Source: a virus
DNA: 64,000 nt
Reading direction: 5' to 3' (one strand)
IMG/VR virus record: IMGVR_UViG_3300028394_002011
Under the pieces are notes generated by a model. The model saw only the letters and a program-made list of their open reading frames with translations. It did no database searches and was not told the DNA's origin. A program made the translations under genes and the position numbers. Positions 56,180 through 64,000 of the stretch are shown one piece after another (positions within the stretch are counted from its first letter, which is position 1; every line of letters begins with the position of its first letter).

Positions 56180-56877
56180 AAAAATTAACTGATTTTGCAA
56201 GCCCTTTGTCTGACAATTGCGATTTGGCATTCACTGTGGAAATGTTAAAATTATACAAAACAAAATCTATTTTGGAATTGGGGGCTGGTAACGGAGATTG
56301 GATACGATTTATAGCTAATGCGTTGCAAGACAATGATATTTCGTTTATTGGTTACGAAGACTTTAGATGGAAGATGAATAACTCTTGGGAAACAACCATA
56401 TTGGATTTAAACAAGTTAATACATGATTCGCTATCTAGCATGAAACTTAATAATCAAGTTTTTTTAAAAAATGCTGATATTACAAAAATTGATGCGACAA
56501 CAGAATATAGCGGCCAATTGTTTGATGTAGTAAGACTGGATTGTTTGGCAACCGATGAATCTGATATTGTAAAGGTAATTAGCAATATCTTGCCATACAC
56601 TCATGATAATACAATTTTTTTAGTAGACGATATCGCTGTCAATTATTGCCCTAATAGATTTTTGGCAATGATGCACCTTTCACAAGCAAATATGCTAAAA
56701 CCGTTATGGTTTGGATCTAAGGAAGGTGCATGGGTCAAACCCAATTTTAATTTTGAAAATTTCAAATCAGCAATGGAAAACAAACTTGATACGCATTGGT
56801 ATACTGGCGATTTTTATCAATACAAATTACTAGGACAGCAGTATACTTTTATAACTACACGAATGAATCATAGATAA
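56161..56877 (+). CDS. class I SAM-dependent methyltransferase-like protein
   Basis: SILELGAGNG; FLVDD. Confidence 0.7.
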   Translation: MDQHTLEKLTDFASPLSDNCDLAFTVEMLKLYKTKSILELGAGNGDWIRFIANALQDNDISFIGYEDFRWKMNNSWETTILDLNKLIHDSLSSMKLNNQVFLKNADITKIDATTEYSGQLFDVVRLDCLATDESDIVKVISNILPYTHDNTIFLVDDIAVNYCPNRFLAMMHLSQANMLKPLWFGSKEGAWVKPNFNFENFKSAMENKLDTHWYTGDFYQYKLLGQQYTFITTRMNHR

Positions 56878-56880
56878 TTG

Positions 56881-56898
56881 TGTTGTAAATTTACAACA
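56881..56898. repeat. perfect 18 bp palindrome
   Basis: TGTTGTAAA/TTTACAACA. Confidence 0.85.
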
Positions 56899-56909
56899 TC
56901 AAAAAGTAG

Positions 56910-56938
56910 TTGACATACTGTCGTCTCGATGCTATAAT
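56910..56938 (+). promoter_or_regulatory. sigma70-type promoter
   Basis: Perfect TTGACA-17-TATAAT. Confidence 0.85.
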
Positions 56939-56968
56939 ATATACATTGTTAAACAAACAGGAGCAGAA

Positions 56969-58165
56969 ATGGCTACTAAAGCACCAGCAACAAAAACCCG
57001 TATAACCAAAAAGCAAGTGATTGCTCACCGCACCAAGGCGGTTAAGGACTACAGCCCAACTTGGGACGGTTGCGAAACTATGGATGCTGATCAGTTCATG
57101 CGCCACTTTCATAGTGCTATGGGCTATTACCGTTTGGAATTTAGCGGCAAAGATTTGAAACCTGCTGTAATCAAATGGATGACAAGTATTAATTGCACTA
57201 AAGAAGACATTGCCGCGTTTAAGCGAACCAAAGATAGTCGTTGTAATGTTACAATGGGTGCCATTGCAAGTTGTCTACTTCGTGGTATGCCTGCTGTTCG
57301 TGAAGATTTTAACAAAGGCCGAGACACTACAGTTTGGTTGCGTAACGAAATTGTACAAATTGTTGCACAAGGTAAAGACGATATTGACGAAGAAGCAGTT
57401 GTTGAAGTAAAGCCTACTGTGGCACAACCCACTATTCAAGAGCGTGTCAAAGAATCTGCCTTGCGTATGACTGAAGAAATTGAAGACGCCATCGAAGGTT
57501 TCCACGTAGATCCAGAAAACTTTGATCCAAAAGCATTTAAGATGCTTAACTTGCTCAAGGGTAAAGAAGTTAAAGCGGCACATGCTAGAATCATTAAAAC
57601 CCTCTACAGCAGGGATTTAGCTGAGCTCGAAGAGTTGGCTAGCGGTAAAGCAGACGAACAGCTTAAAGAGGGCTATAGTCACCGTAGCAAAAAACAAATT
57701 AAGAATTTGATTGCTTTTTATCAAGAAATTATGAGTGCATGTGATATGCTTGCTCAAGAAGCCAAAGTTAATCGTGCTCCACGTAAAACTAAGGCAGTTC
57801 CAAAAGAGAAGTTAGTTGCTAAACTCAAGTACATGAAGTCAAACGAACCTCTTAAACTTGTAAGTATTAATCCCACTGACATCATCGGCGCTGGCGAGCT
57901 GTGGATTTTCAACACAAAAACCCGCAAGTTAGGCAAGTATGTAGCCGCAGAGTTTAACACATTAAATGTCAAAGGTACTACAATTACCAACTTTAACGAG
58001 TTTACCAGTATCCAAAAAACTATCCGTAAGCCCGAGGAAAAGCTCAAAGAGTTTAAGGCGGCAGGTAAGGTACAGTTGCGTAAATTCTTAGACGACATTA
58101 ACGCTACGGATACCAAATTAAACGGCCGTATTAACGAAGATACCATCCTGCTTAAGGTAGCATAA
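56969..58165 (+). CDS. conserved hypothetical T4-like phage protein
   Basis: 398 aa with AGGAG RBS; C-terminal LWIFNTKTRKLG...KTIRKP...GRINEDTILL. Confidence 0.85.
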   Translation: MATKAPATKTRITKKQVIAHRTKAVKDYSPTWDGCETMDADQFMRHFHSAMGYYRLEFSGKDLKPAVIKWMTSINCTKEDIAAFKRTKDSRCNVTMGAIASCLLRGMPAVREDFNKGRDTTVWLRNEIVQIVAQGKDDIDEEAVVEVKPTVAQPTIQERVKESALRMTEEIEDAIEGFHVDPENFDPKAFKMLNLLKGKEVKAAHARIIKTLYSRDLAELEELASGKADEQLKEGYSHRSKKQIKNLIAFYQEIMSACDMLAQEAKVNRAPRKTKAVPKEKLVAKLKYMKSNEPLKLVSINPTDIIGAGELWIFNTKTRKLGKYVAAEFNTLNVKGTTITNFNEFTSIQKTIRKPEEKLKEFKAAGKVQLRKFLDDINATDTKLNGRINEDTILLKVA

Positions 58166-58180
58166 TTTGGTAGTTTATTG

Positions 58181-58218
58181 ATGGAGTCTCTGATAAATAT
58201 TAGATAAAGAGACTCCAT
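58181..58218 (+). promoter_or_regulatory. late-type promoter inside an 11 bp perfect hairpin covering the ribosome-binding region
   Basis: ATGGAGTCTCT - GATAAATA - AGAGACTCCAT; ATG at 58220. Confidence 0.72.
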
Positions 58219-58219
58219 T

Positions 58220-59431
58220 ATGACAACACAACAATTAACCGTACGAAACGATAGATTATGGGCAGATAGTAACCTAGATCTGTCTGCTGATCATGCTTAC
58301 AAAATTGATAACACTCCAGTATTATCAGCTACCGAGCTTGGCCTTACTGTTACTAAAAGTAATTTAAGAGAAATTGGTACTCTAAAAAGTTTAGAAGTAT
58401 CGGGCACTACAACTCTAGCAGAATTTGCACATTTTAATAGTACAAACGGACGATTAGGTCTAGGAACCTTAGACGCTAATGCCAGCATTAGTATTTTAGA
58501 TAACGATGTTGAAATCGCCATTGGCAGTCCGGAGCCTGGCATTGCACACTTTGGAACATATTCAACTAGTGATGTTGCTATTATTTCTGATAATATTCCA
58601 CGTATACTTGTAAAAAGCAACGGCGAAGTAATTATCGGTAGCGAAGCAGGAAAAACTGGTGTGTTGCGAGTGCATGGATCCTTGCATGTTGACAATTTTG
58701 TTGCCGATACTCGACTTGAACGCAATAGTCCTTTAGAATTTAAAGCCAACAGAGATGGCAGTATTTACGGATTAGGTTTAATTTGGTCTGCAGATCGTAT
58801 TACTCGTCAGTTGATCATGCGTGATGGTCCTGATAGATTATGGGCTAGCACATCCATAGACTTGGATGAGCATCAAACATATTATATAAATGGCAGATCT
58901 GTTCTAAGTGCAACTAGTTTAGGTTCTAGTGTTGTTAACAGTAACTTGGTTACTGTGGGTCCATTACAATCACTAACGGTTACCGGCGACGTAGAAATAC
59001 AAGGCAACTTAACAGCTGGTCAAAGTAATGTTACTTTAAAATCATTGTTTATCAACAACGGTGTTGAAAATGTATTGTTTGACGAAACAGGCACAAATAG
59101 CAATAAAAATTACAGAATTGCCGTTAACCAAGAAGATGTATTCTACGGTAGCAATGATGAAATCATTATTGGTAATCCAAACTTTGCTCGCAGGGCTGTT
59201 AAAGTATTTGGTCCAATATCCACTACTTCAGATTTAACTGTTGACGGTGCTGTTAGTTTAAACAATAAGAAATTTACCAAAGGTAACAATGCACCAACTG
59301 AAGGACAATGTACCAAAGGTGACATTCATTGGAATGAAAATCCAGTCGAAAGCGGTTACATTGGTTGGGTGTGTATTTCGTCTGGTACGCCTGGACAATG
59401 GTTACCGTTTGGTGCTATTGCTCGTCAATAA
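58220..59431 (+). CDS. virion structural / tail fibre-like protein
   Basis: Repeated VLSAT.LG..V..SNL..(I/V)G.L.SL.V.G units; C-terminal GDIHWN.NP...GYIGWVC...GTPGQW..FG. Confidence 0.8.
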   Translation: MTTQQLTVRNDRLWADSNLDLSADHAYKIDNTPVLSATELGLTVTKSNLREIGTLKSLEVSGTTTLAEFAHFNSTNGRLGLGTLDANASISILDNDVEIAIGSPEPGIAHFGTYSTSDVAIISDNIPRILVKSNGEVIIGSEAGKTGVLRVHGSLHVDNFVADTRLERNSPLEFKANRDGSIYGLGLIWSADRITRQLIMRDGPDRLWASTSIDLDEHQTYYINGRSVLSATSLGSSVVNSNLVTVGPLQSLTVTGDVEIQGNLTAGQSNVTLKSLFINNGVENVLFDETGTNSNKNYRIAVNQEDVFYGSNDEIIIGNPNFARRAVKVFGPISTTSDLTVDGAVSLNNKKFTKGNNAPTEGQCTKGDIHWNENPVESGYIGWVCISSGTPGQWLPFGAIARQ

Positions 59432-59433
59432 AC

Positions 59434-59461
59434 TTGACCTTGTTGTATAAAAGTATATAAT
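59434..59461 (+). promoter_or_regulatory. sigma70-type promoter
   Basis: TTGACC-16-TATAAT upstream of the queD leader. Confidence 0.7.
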
Positions 59462-59469
59462 TACTATAT

Positions 59470-59506
59470 GCGGACTTAGGCATTCATCCCGCAATATAAA
59501 CTCTGC
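59470..59506 (+). promoter_or_regulatory. candidate preQ1-I-like riboswitch / structured leader
   Basis: GCGG-ACTTAGGCATTCATC-CCGC hairpin followed by AATATAAACT, in the 5' UTR of queD. Confidence 0.4.
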
Positions 59507-59534
59507 ATGTCATTGCTTAATCAAGGAGATTACA

Positions 59535-60020
59535 ATGGCAAAATTTTATTCAACAAAAACTTACGGAAACGATCGAGGCTTATCATGCTGTTTTAGACAA
59601 TGGCGTGCCACACATAGCCATTGTTCAACGCTACACGGTTACTCTATTGGCATCAAATTAATTTTTGAATGTGATACACTAGATGACAAAAATTGGTGCA
59701 TGGACTTTGGTGGTCTTAAAGAATTCAAAGCATGGGCAGACTATATGTTTGATCATACCCTAGTAATTGCAGAAGACGATCCTCATTTAGAAACATTCCA
59801 AAAACTAAACACTATCGGTGGTGGATTTGAAGACAGCGGACTATGCGACTTACGGATTGTACCCGGAGTAGGTTGTGAAATGTTTGCCAAAATGGCATAC
59901 GATAAAATGGCCGAGCTATTAGCATCTGGCGACATGCGTTATCCAATTAACCCAACAGTAAGAGTTAAATCAGTTGAAGTATTTGAACACGGTGCTAATT
60001 CAGCTACGTACGAAGGTTAA
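59535..60020 (+). CDS. queD: 6-carboxytetrahydropterin synthase (PTPS/QueD family)
   Basis: HCSTLHGYS, WCMDFG, FDHTLV, GCE, VFEH. Confidence 0.9.
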   Translation: MAKFYSTKTYGNDRGLSCCFRQWRATHSHCSTLHGYSIGIKLIFECDTLDDKNWCMDFGGLKEFKAWADYMFDHTLVIAEDDPHLETFQKLNTIGGGFEDSGLCDLRIVPGVGCEMFAKMAYDKMAELLASGDMRYPINPTVRVKSVEVFEHGANSATYEG

Positions 60021-60174
60021 CCATTACTGGCGTATTTGGGCAAAAGCCTTAGGTGAAAAATCAGGTAATTCGGACGAGGAATCGGACCGAATTGCTTGTA
60101 TTAGAACGCTAATTGTGTTAATATACATTATCACAAACTTTTTTATAATCGCAGGCGTCATAAGGCATTGGTAA
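59974..60174 (+). CDS. small hypothetical phage protein (start uncertain)
   Basis: WRIWAKALGEKSG...IRT plus a hydrophobic tail. Confidence 0.65.
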   Translation: MKYLNTVLIQLRTKVNHYWRIWAKALGEKSGNSDEESDRIACIRTLIVLIYIITNFFIIAGVIRHW

Positions 60175-61202
60175 TGGGAAAAATAGGCTTCGCATGTAAA
60201 TGGATCGATCATGCAGATCAAGTAAACGGCATCAAGAAAGATGACGATGCTAAACAATACAACACCGGTACAACTACCATAAGTTGGTTAAATAGACAGA
60301 GCAAAGAAGTTGCAGAGCAAAAACTCTGGGACTTAATGGTTCAAAATTTATCAGCTACACAAAAACTTGTAGACCGTGTAGGAGAGCTTAATGAAAATCT
60401 TAGGATGGTTCGCCTTAGTAGCGACATTCTTCCTGCTTATACCGAGCCTAGTTGGAGTTATTTTTGGCGTAAGCCTGACGTTGTCAGCTATCTCGAGCGC
60501 AATTTTAGCCTTATTGGTAATAGTGCTCGTGCAAGCGGTACCCGTCTTTCTATGCATCCTGGCCAGTTTGTTGTTCTTGCTAGTATTAATCCGGGTATTG
60601 TTCAACGAAGTATAGAAGAATTTGAATATCATGCAGACATGGCACGATATATGGGTTATGGTAAATCCTTTCAGGATTTTAAAATTAACGTACATATCAG
60701 CGGTAAATTAGGGCCCGATGGCATTCGAGATGCGCACAAGAGATTAAGTGACGAAGCACGTAACTGTATTACAATTGAAAACGAAGAAAACTCGTGGGGG
60801 TTAAATGACTGTTTAGCTATTAGCGATATCGTTCCTATTGTGCTCGATATACATCACCATTGGATCCGTGAAGGGGAATATATCCTTCCGGACGATCATC
60901 GCGTTAAGCGTGTTGTGGATAGTTGGCGTGGTATGCGCCCTACTTGTCATTACTCAGTTAGTCGTGAAGATTATCTTGTGGAGCATGACAAACTTGTCGC
61001 ACCTGTTCATACCCAGCTCCTTTTAGATGGGTATAAGAAACAAAAACTGAGAGCACACAGTGACTTTTATTGGAATCAAAAAACAAACGAATGGGCAATA
61101 ACTTTTCTAAACCAGTTCGACATAATGTGCGAGAGCAAGGGAAAAAATCTCGCCAGCATGGAACTGTACAATCAAGCCAAAAGCTATCTCGAGAGCAATT
61201 AA
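60174..61202 (+). CDS. uvsE: UV damage endonuclease
   Basis: IGFACK, VRLSS, LSMHPGQF, TIENEE, VLDIHHH, CHYS, RAHSD, DIMCESKGK. Confidence 0.93.
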   Translation: MGKIGFACKWIDHADQVNGIKKDDDAKQYNTGTTTISWLNRQSKEVAEQKLWDLMVQNLSATQKLVDRVGELNENLRMVRLSSDILPAYTEPSWSYFWRKPDVVSYLERNFSLIGNSARASGTRLSMHPGQFVVLASINPGIVQRSIEEFEYHADMARYMGYGKSFQDFKINVHISGKLGPDGIRDAHKRLSDEARNCITIENEENSWGLNDCLAISDIVPIVLDIHHHWIREGEYILPDDHRVKRVVDSWRGMRPTCHYSVSREDYLVEHDKLVAPVHTQLLLDGYKKQKLRAHSDFYWNQKTNEWAITFLNQFDIMCESKGKNLASMELYNQAKSYLESN

Positions 61203-61321
61203 TTTTTCGTATAGAAACTCTCAGAGAAGAGCTGGAGGAAAATCCCAACTTGAACGATCAGCGTCGAGCTAGAATTCAAGAGGATATGGCTAATTACTCT
61301 CAGCAATTAAACAAGTTTTAA
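61091..61321 (+). CDS. small helical protein (start uncertain)
   Basis: Protein-like C-terminal half (LSREQLIFRIETLREELEE...), but the available starts overlap uvsE by more than 100 nt. Confidence 0.45.
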   Translation: MGNNFSKPVRHNVREQGKKSRQHGTVQSSQKLSREQLIFRIETLREELEENPNLNDQRRARIQEDMANYSQQLNKF

Positions 61322-61344
61322 TATAAGGGCATTTTGCCCTTATA
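61321..61344. terminator. probable bidirectional terminator
   Basis: ATATAAGGGC-ATTTT-GCCCTTATAT between convergent genes. Confidence 0.7.
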
Positions 61345-61575
61345 TTATTTTGCTACTTTAGGTGCTTTTGGAGCACGTGGCTTTTTAGCCGCTGGTGCTT
61401 TTTTAGCCGCTGGTTTTTTCTTAGCCGGAGCAACTGACTCAACCATAGCTTCTGAAGCTTGAACAGCAACCGGTGTTGGTTCTGCTACAGGTGCAACTTC
61501 AACTTTATAAGGAGCTTCTGGTTGAACTTCTGCCTTTGGTTTAATACCAAATAATTTTTTAATGTGATGTAACAT
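61345..61575 (-). CDS. Ala/Lys/Pro-rich small basic protein
   Basis: Start MLHHIKK after AAGGA; C-terminal PAKKKPAAKKAPAAKKPRAPK. Confidence 0.75.
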   Translation of the reverse strand: MLHHIKKLFGIKPKAEVQPEAPYKVEVAPVAEPTPVAVQASEAMVESVAPAKKKPAAKKAPAAKKPRAPKAPKVAK

Positions 61576-61720
61576 ATCTTTTTCCTTTAAGGTGTCAAGC
61601 GCCAATTCGCCGTTGAGCTACACTAGCTGTGCCAAGAAGAAATAGGGAAAATTCTTGACTTGCGGATCCTTGGATACCCTATTGATCACTTGACTGAGTT
61701 ATTTAACAATAAATACAATC

Positions 61721-62281
61721 ATGTATAATTTTATCAAGTATGTAAGCCTAAATGAAGGTAAAACTCCCACTACCTTAGAACAAGCACGATTGCCCTACGC
61801 CGCTGGTGCATTGGGTCGAAGTTTGAGCAAAAAAACTATAGATTATCATTATGGCCAGCTTTATAAAGGCTATGTGGATCGATACAATAAGGGCGAAGGC
61901 GACCCGGATTTCAATGAGGCTGGTGCGTTTTTACACGACATATATTTTAGACAATTTCAATCTCCCACCAACTCTAACAAACCCGAGCACATTGCTGAAA
62001 ACTTTATCAACAAGCACTTCAAAAGTTTTGATAGATTCAAGGATGAGTTTACAAAAACAGCAATGAAAATACAGGGCAGTGGCTGGGCTTACTTGGCTAG
62101 AGATGGCAGTATTAAAACCATTAAGAATCACGAAATTAAAATGGATATTATACTGTTGATCGACTGGTGGGAACATGCGTGGGCCCTTGATTATCAAGCT
62201 GACAAAAAGGGTTATCTTAATAACCAGTGGAAAATTATCAACTGGAATCTAATAAGTTCTAGAATTGGTCGAGTGTCTTAA
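61721..62281 (+). CDS. Fe/Mn superoxide dismutase
   Basis: LPY...TIDYHY, FLHD, GSGWAYL, DWWEHAWALDYQ. Confidence 0.92.
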   Translation: MYNFIKYVSLNEGKTPTTLEQARLPYAAGALGRSLSKKTIDYHYGQLYKGYVDRYNKGEGDPDFNEAGAFLHDIYFRQFQSPTNSNKPEHIAENFINKHFKSFDRFKDEFTKTAMKIQGSGWAYLARDGSIKTIKNHEIKMDIILLIDWWEHAWALDYQADKKGYLNNQWKIINWNLISSRIGRVS

Positions 62282-62546
62282 GACTGCTTACGGGCATGTC
62301 CCACACCTTACGTGCTTCTACGCCCTTTATCTGTGCAAATTTTTTAGGGTCACAGTCTCCGCACACATGATAAAAATTGTTGTTTAATCGCTTGGGATCC
62401 ATTGATCCTTTTTCTCGATTAAACACGCCTTGACAACAATCACATTTAAACACAACCACTGTTACTTTACGGCTGTAAGAATGTGTCTTACCCTTCTTAC
62501 TGGTGCGTATGTGCTGGTTTATTCTAAATTCAGTTCCAATATACAT
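62259..62546 (-). CDS. hypothetical zinc-finger-like protein
   Basis: CDCC...HVCGDC. Confidence 0.75.
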   Translation of the reverse strand: MYIGTEFRINQHIRTSKKGKTHSYSRKVTVVVFKCDCCQGVFNREKGSMDPKRLNNNFYHVCGDCDPKKFAQIKGVEARKVWDMPVSSLKTLDQF

Positions 62547-62579
62547 AACTGTATTTACATTAAGGTTATAAAATCCTTT

Positions 62580-62587
62580 GATAAATA
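62580..62587 (+). promoter_or_regulatory. late-type promoter in an imperfect hairpin
   Basis: GATAAATA within TCCTTTGAT...ATCAAGGA; the RBS lies in the 3' arm. Confidence 0.5.
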
Positions 62588-62604
62588 TTCAATCAAGGAC
62601 AAAT

Positions 62605-62928
62605 ATGATTACTATTTCCGAATCGGCAAAAACAAAAATCAAGGACTTACTACTTGAAGAAAACAATCCCAAATTAGCATTACGTACATTTGTGCAAGGT
62701 GGCGGCTGTAGCGGTTTCAGCTATGGATTTACATTTGATGAAGAAGCCAATGAGGACGATTTTGAAGTTCCTTTAGACGAATTTCGAGTACTTGTAGATA
62801 GTATGAGTATGCAGTATTTAAGTGGCGCAGTAATAGATTATAAAGAAGACTTGCAAGGTAGTTCATTCAGCATAAAAAATCCCAACGCAACAACTACTTG
62901 CGGCTGTGGATCAAGTTTCGGAGTTTAA
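62605..62928 (+). CDS. erpA: A-type Fe-S cluster carrier (ErpA/IscA/HesB)
   Basis: [11 protein letters not shown] ... IDY ... [14 protein letters not shown]; start moved to MITISESAK. Confidence 0.93.
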   Translation: MITISESAKTKIKDLLLEENNPKLALRTFVQGGGCSGFSYGFTFDEEANEDDFEVPLDEFRVLVDSMSMQYLSGAVIDYKEDLQGSSFSIKNPNATTTCGCGSSFGV

Positions 62929-62934
62929 AGACAA

Positions 62935-64000
62935 ATGACACAACAACTAATTGACATTGGCGTACAAGGTAATGACGGTACCGGTGATAGTATCCGCGAA
63001 TCGTTCCGTAAAGTTAACGAGAACTTTAACGAAATTTATTCTGTCTTTGGACTTGGCGGAACTATTAGATTTACCGATCTAGGAGATACTCCTAACAGTT
63101 ATTCAGCTAATCAAGTAATCATGTCTGATACAACTGGCACAACATTAACTGCCAGAGATTTAGTAGCTGGGGCTGGTATTGCAATTGATAAAACTAACAA
63201 CGCTAGTTTAACTATTAGATCAACTACGGCGGGATTGATTGGCGATAGCGCACCTAGTTTAGGACTGAACTTAAACGCAAATAATTTTACCATTGCTCGA
63301 TTAGCAAATCCTAGCCAAACCCTAGTTGATGCATTTAATGCGTCCTATGCAAGTTTAGGTGTGTCAACTACTCTTTCGCAATTGGCTATTAATAAAGGTT
63401 ATGCAGATAGTCATTATGTTGCTGTTTCAAATGGATATATTACCGATGCTTTGAGAGCAAGAAATGAACCAGCTATTCCTCAAATTAATGATCCAGATTA
63501 CGATAAAACTTTAACTAGTAATTATGTATCTACTGAAGTAATGCAACGTAAAGATACAGTGTATCGCGGTGGCGATAAGATGACAGGAGCGTTGACACTT
63601 AGCGATCACCCAGCTCCATTAGAAGGGTTTGGTACACCTAACGGCGCCAACGATTTACAAGCTGCCACCAAATATTATGTGGATAACAATAGTTATTCTA
63701 GCAATATCAATTTGTTTGTATCAACAACTAGTGGTGACGATAATCAAACAAAAAGCCCAGCGGGTAAAGAAGGACGTTTTTGGCAATATGCTTATAAAAC
63801 AGTTGGCCAAGCCGCATTGGCCGCTGAGAGTTTAATTAATTTAGCAAGCCTTGAGCCGGGCCCGTATAGACAAAAAGTTGCTTATACAGTTGGCGTTAAT
63901 CAAACGTTCAGTACTATTCAAAGTGTGACTCTGACTGGCGGTAATGCTGGAGTTAGTGGTTACGAACACGCAAGTGAACTGTTGCGTCTTAACAAAAGTT
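62935..64000 (+). CDS. large tail/baseplate structural protein (runs off the window end)
   Basis: MTQQLIDIGVQGNDGTGDSIRESFRKVNENFNEIY N-terminus typical of T4-like baseplate/fibre proteins; reading frame read as open to 64000. Confidence 0.85.
   Translation, partial: MTQQLIDIGVQGNDGTGDSIRESFRKVNENFNEIYSVFGLGGTIRFTDLGDTPNSYSANQVIMSDTTGTTLTARDLVAGAGIAIDKTNNASLTIRSTTAGLIGDSAPSLGLNLNANNFTIARLANPSQTLVDAFNASYASLGVSTTLSQLAINKGYADSHYVAVSNGYITDALRARNEPAIPQINDPDYDKTLTSNYVSTEVMQRKDTVYRGGDKMTGALTLSDHPAPLEGFGTPNGANDLQAATKYYVDNNSYSSNINLFVSTTSGDDNQTKSPAGKEGRFWQYAYKTVGQAALAAESLINLASLEPGPYRQKVAYTVGVNQTFSTIQSVTLTGGNAGVSGYEHASELLRLNKS

Noticed and set aside
6720-63835. Many short alternative-frame or antisense ORFs in the track (e.g. 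6720-6998, 7266-7673, 43532-43783, 57754-58218, 58297-58749, 63629-63835)
   Set aside because: They are shadows fully overlapping better-supported genes, with no RBS or family motifs
1-64000. Alternative genetic code (stop reassignment)
   Set aside because: Conserved genes (ligase, ClpP, UvsE, rSAMs) are full length in the standard code, and no suppressor tRNA is present
1-64000. CRISPR array, IS/transposase, integrase, DGR or rRNA
   Set aside because: No regularly spaced repeats, terminal inverted repeats, recombinase or reverse transcriptase motifs, or rRNA sequence were seen. The Mtd_N-like fibre N-terminus alone does not imply a DGR

Overview
This window is a fragment of a large, AT-rich T4-like (myovirus-type) phage genome. 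The likely host is an aquatic proteobacterium, which is an inference from the host-like infA, clpP, erpA, rpoZ and traR/dksA genes and from UV/oxidative-stress genes. 1-4.1 kb: a cluster of 15 CCA-encoded tRNA genes interleaved with small ORFs and at least three structured non-tRNA RNA candidates. 3.7-6.4 kb: an RNA polymerase omega homologue, a TraR/DksA protein and phosphatase/kinase-type genes. 6.5-7.7 kb: a tail fibre. 7.8-32.9 kb: an approx. 25 kb enzyme island with 7 radical SAM proteins, 6 Asp/Asn beta-hydroxylase-type 2OG-Fe(II) genes, a flavin-dependent halogenase, 2 adenylate-forming enzymes, a PLP enzyme, a methyltransferase, two beta-propellers and an outer-membrane barrel. 33.0 kb: an anticodon-less tRNA-like RNA with its own promoter. 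33-47 kb: early/middle genes (IF-1, ClpP, DNA ligase, YccA, MazG-like). 47.4-56.9 kb: a second island with 6 more radical SAM genes. 57-64 kb: virion proteins, queD with a possible preQ1-like leader, uvsE, SOD, erpA and the start of a large tail/baseplate gene. Near-consensus sigma70 promoters mark the core regions, while T4-type late motifs (TAAATA core) mark the structural genes and island 1. All product calls come from motifs recognised by eye; no database search or folding program was run.
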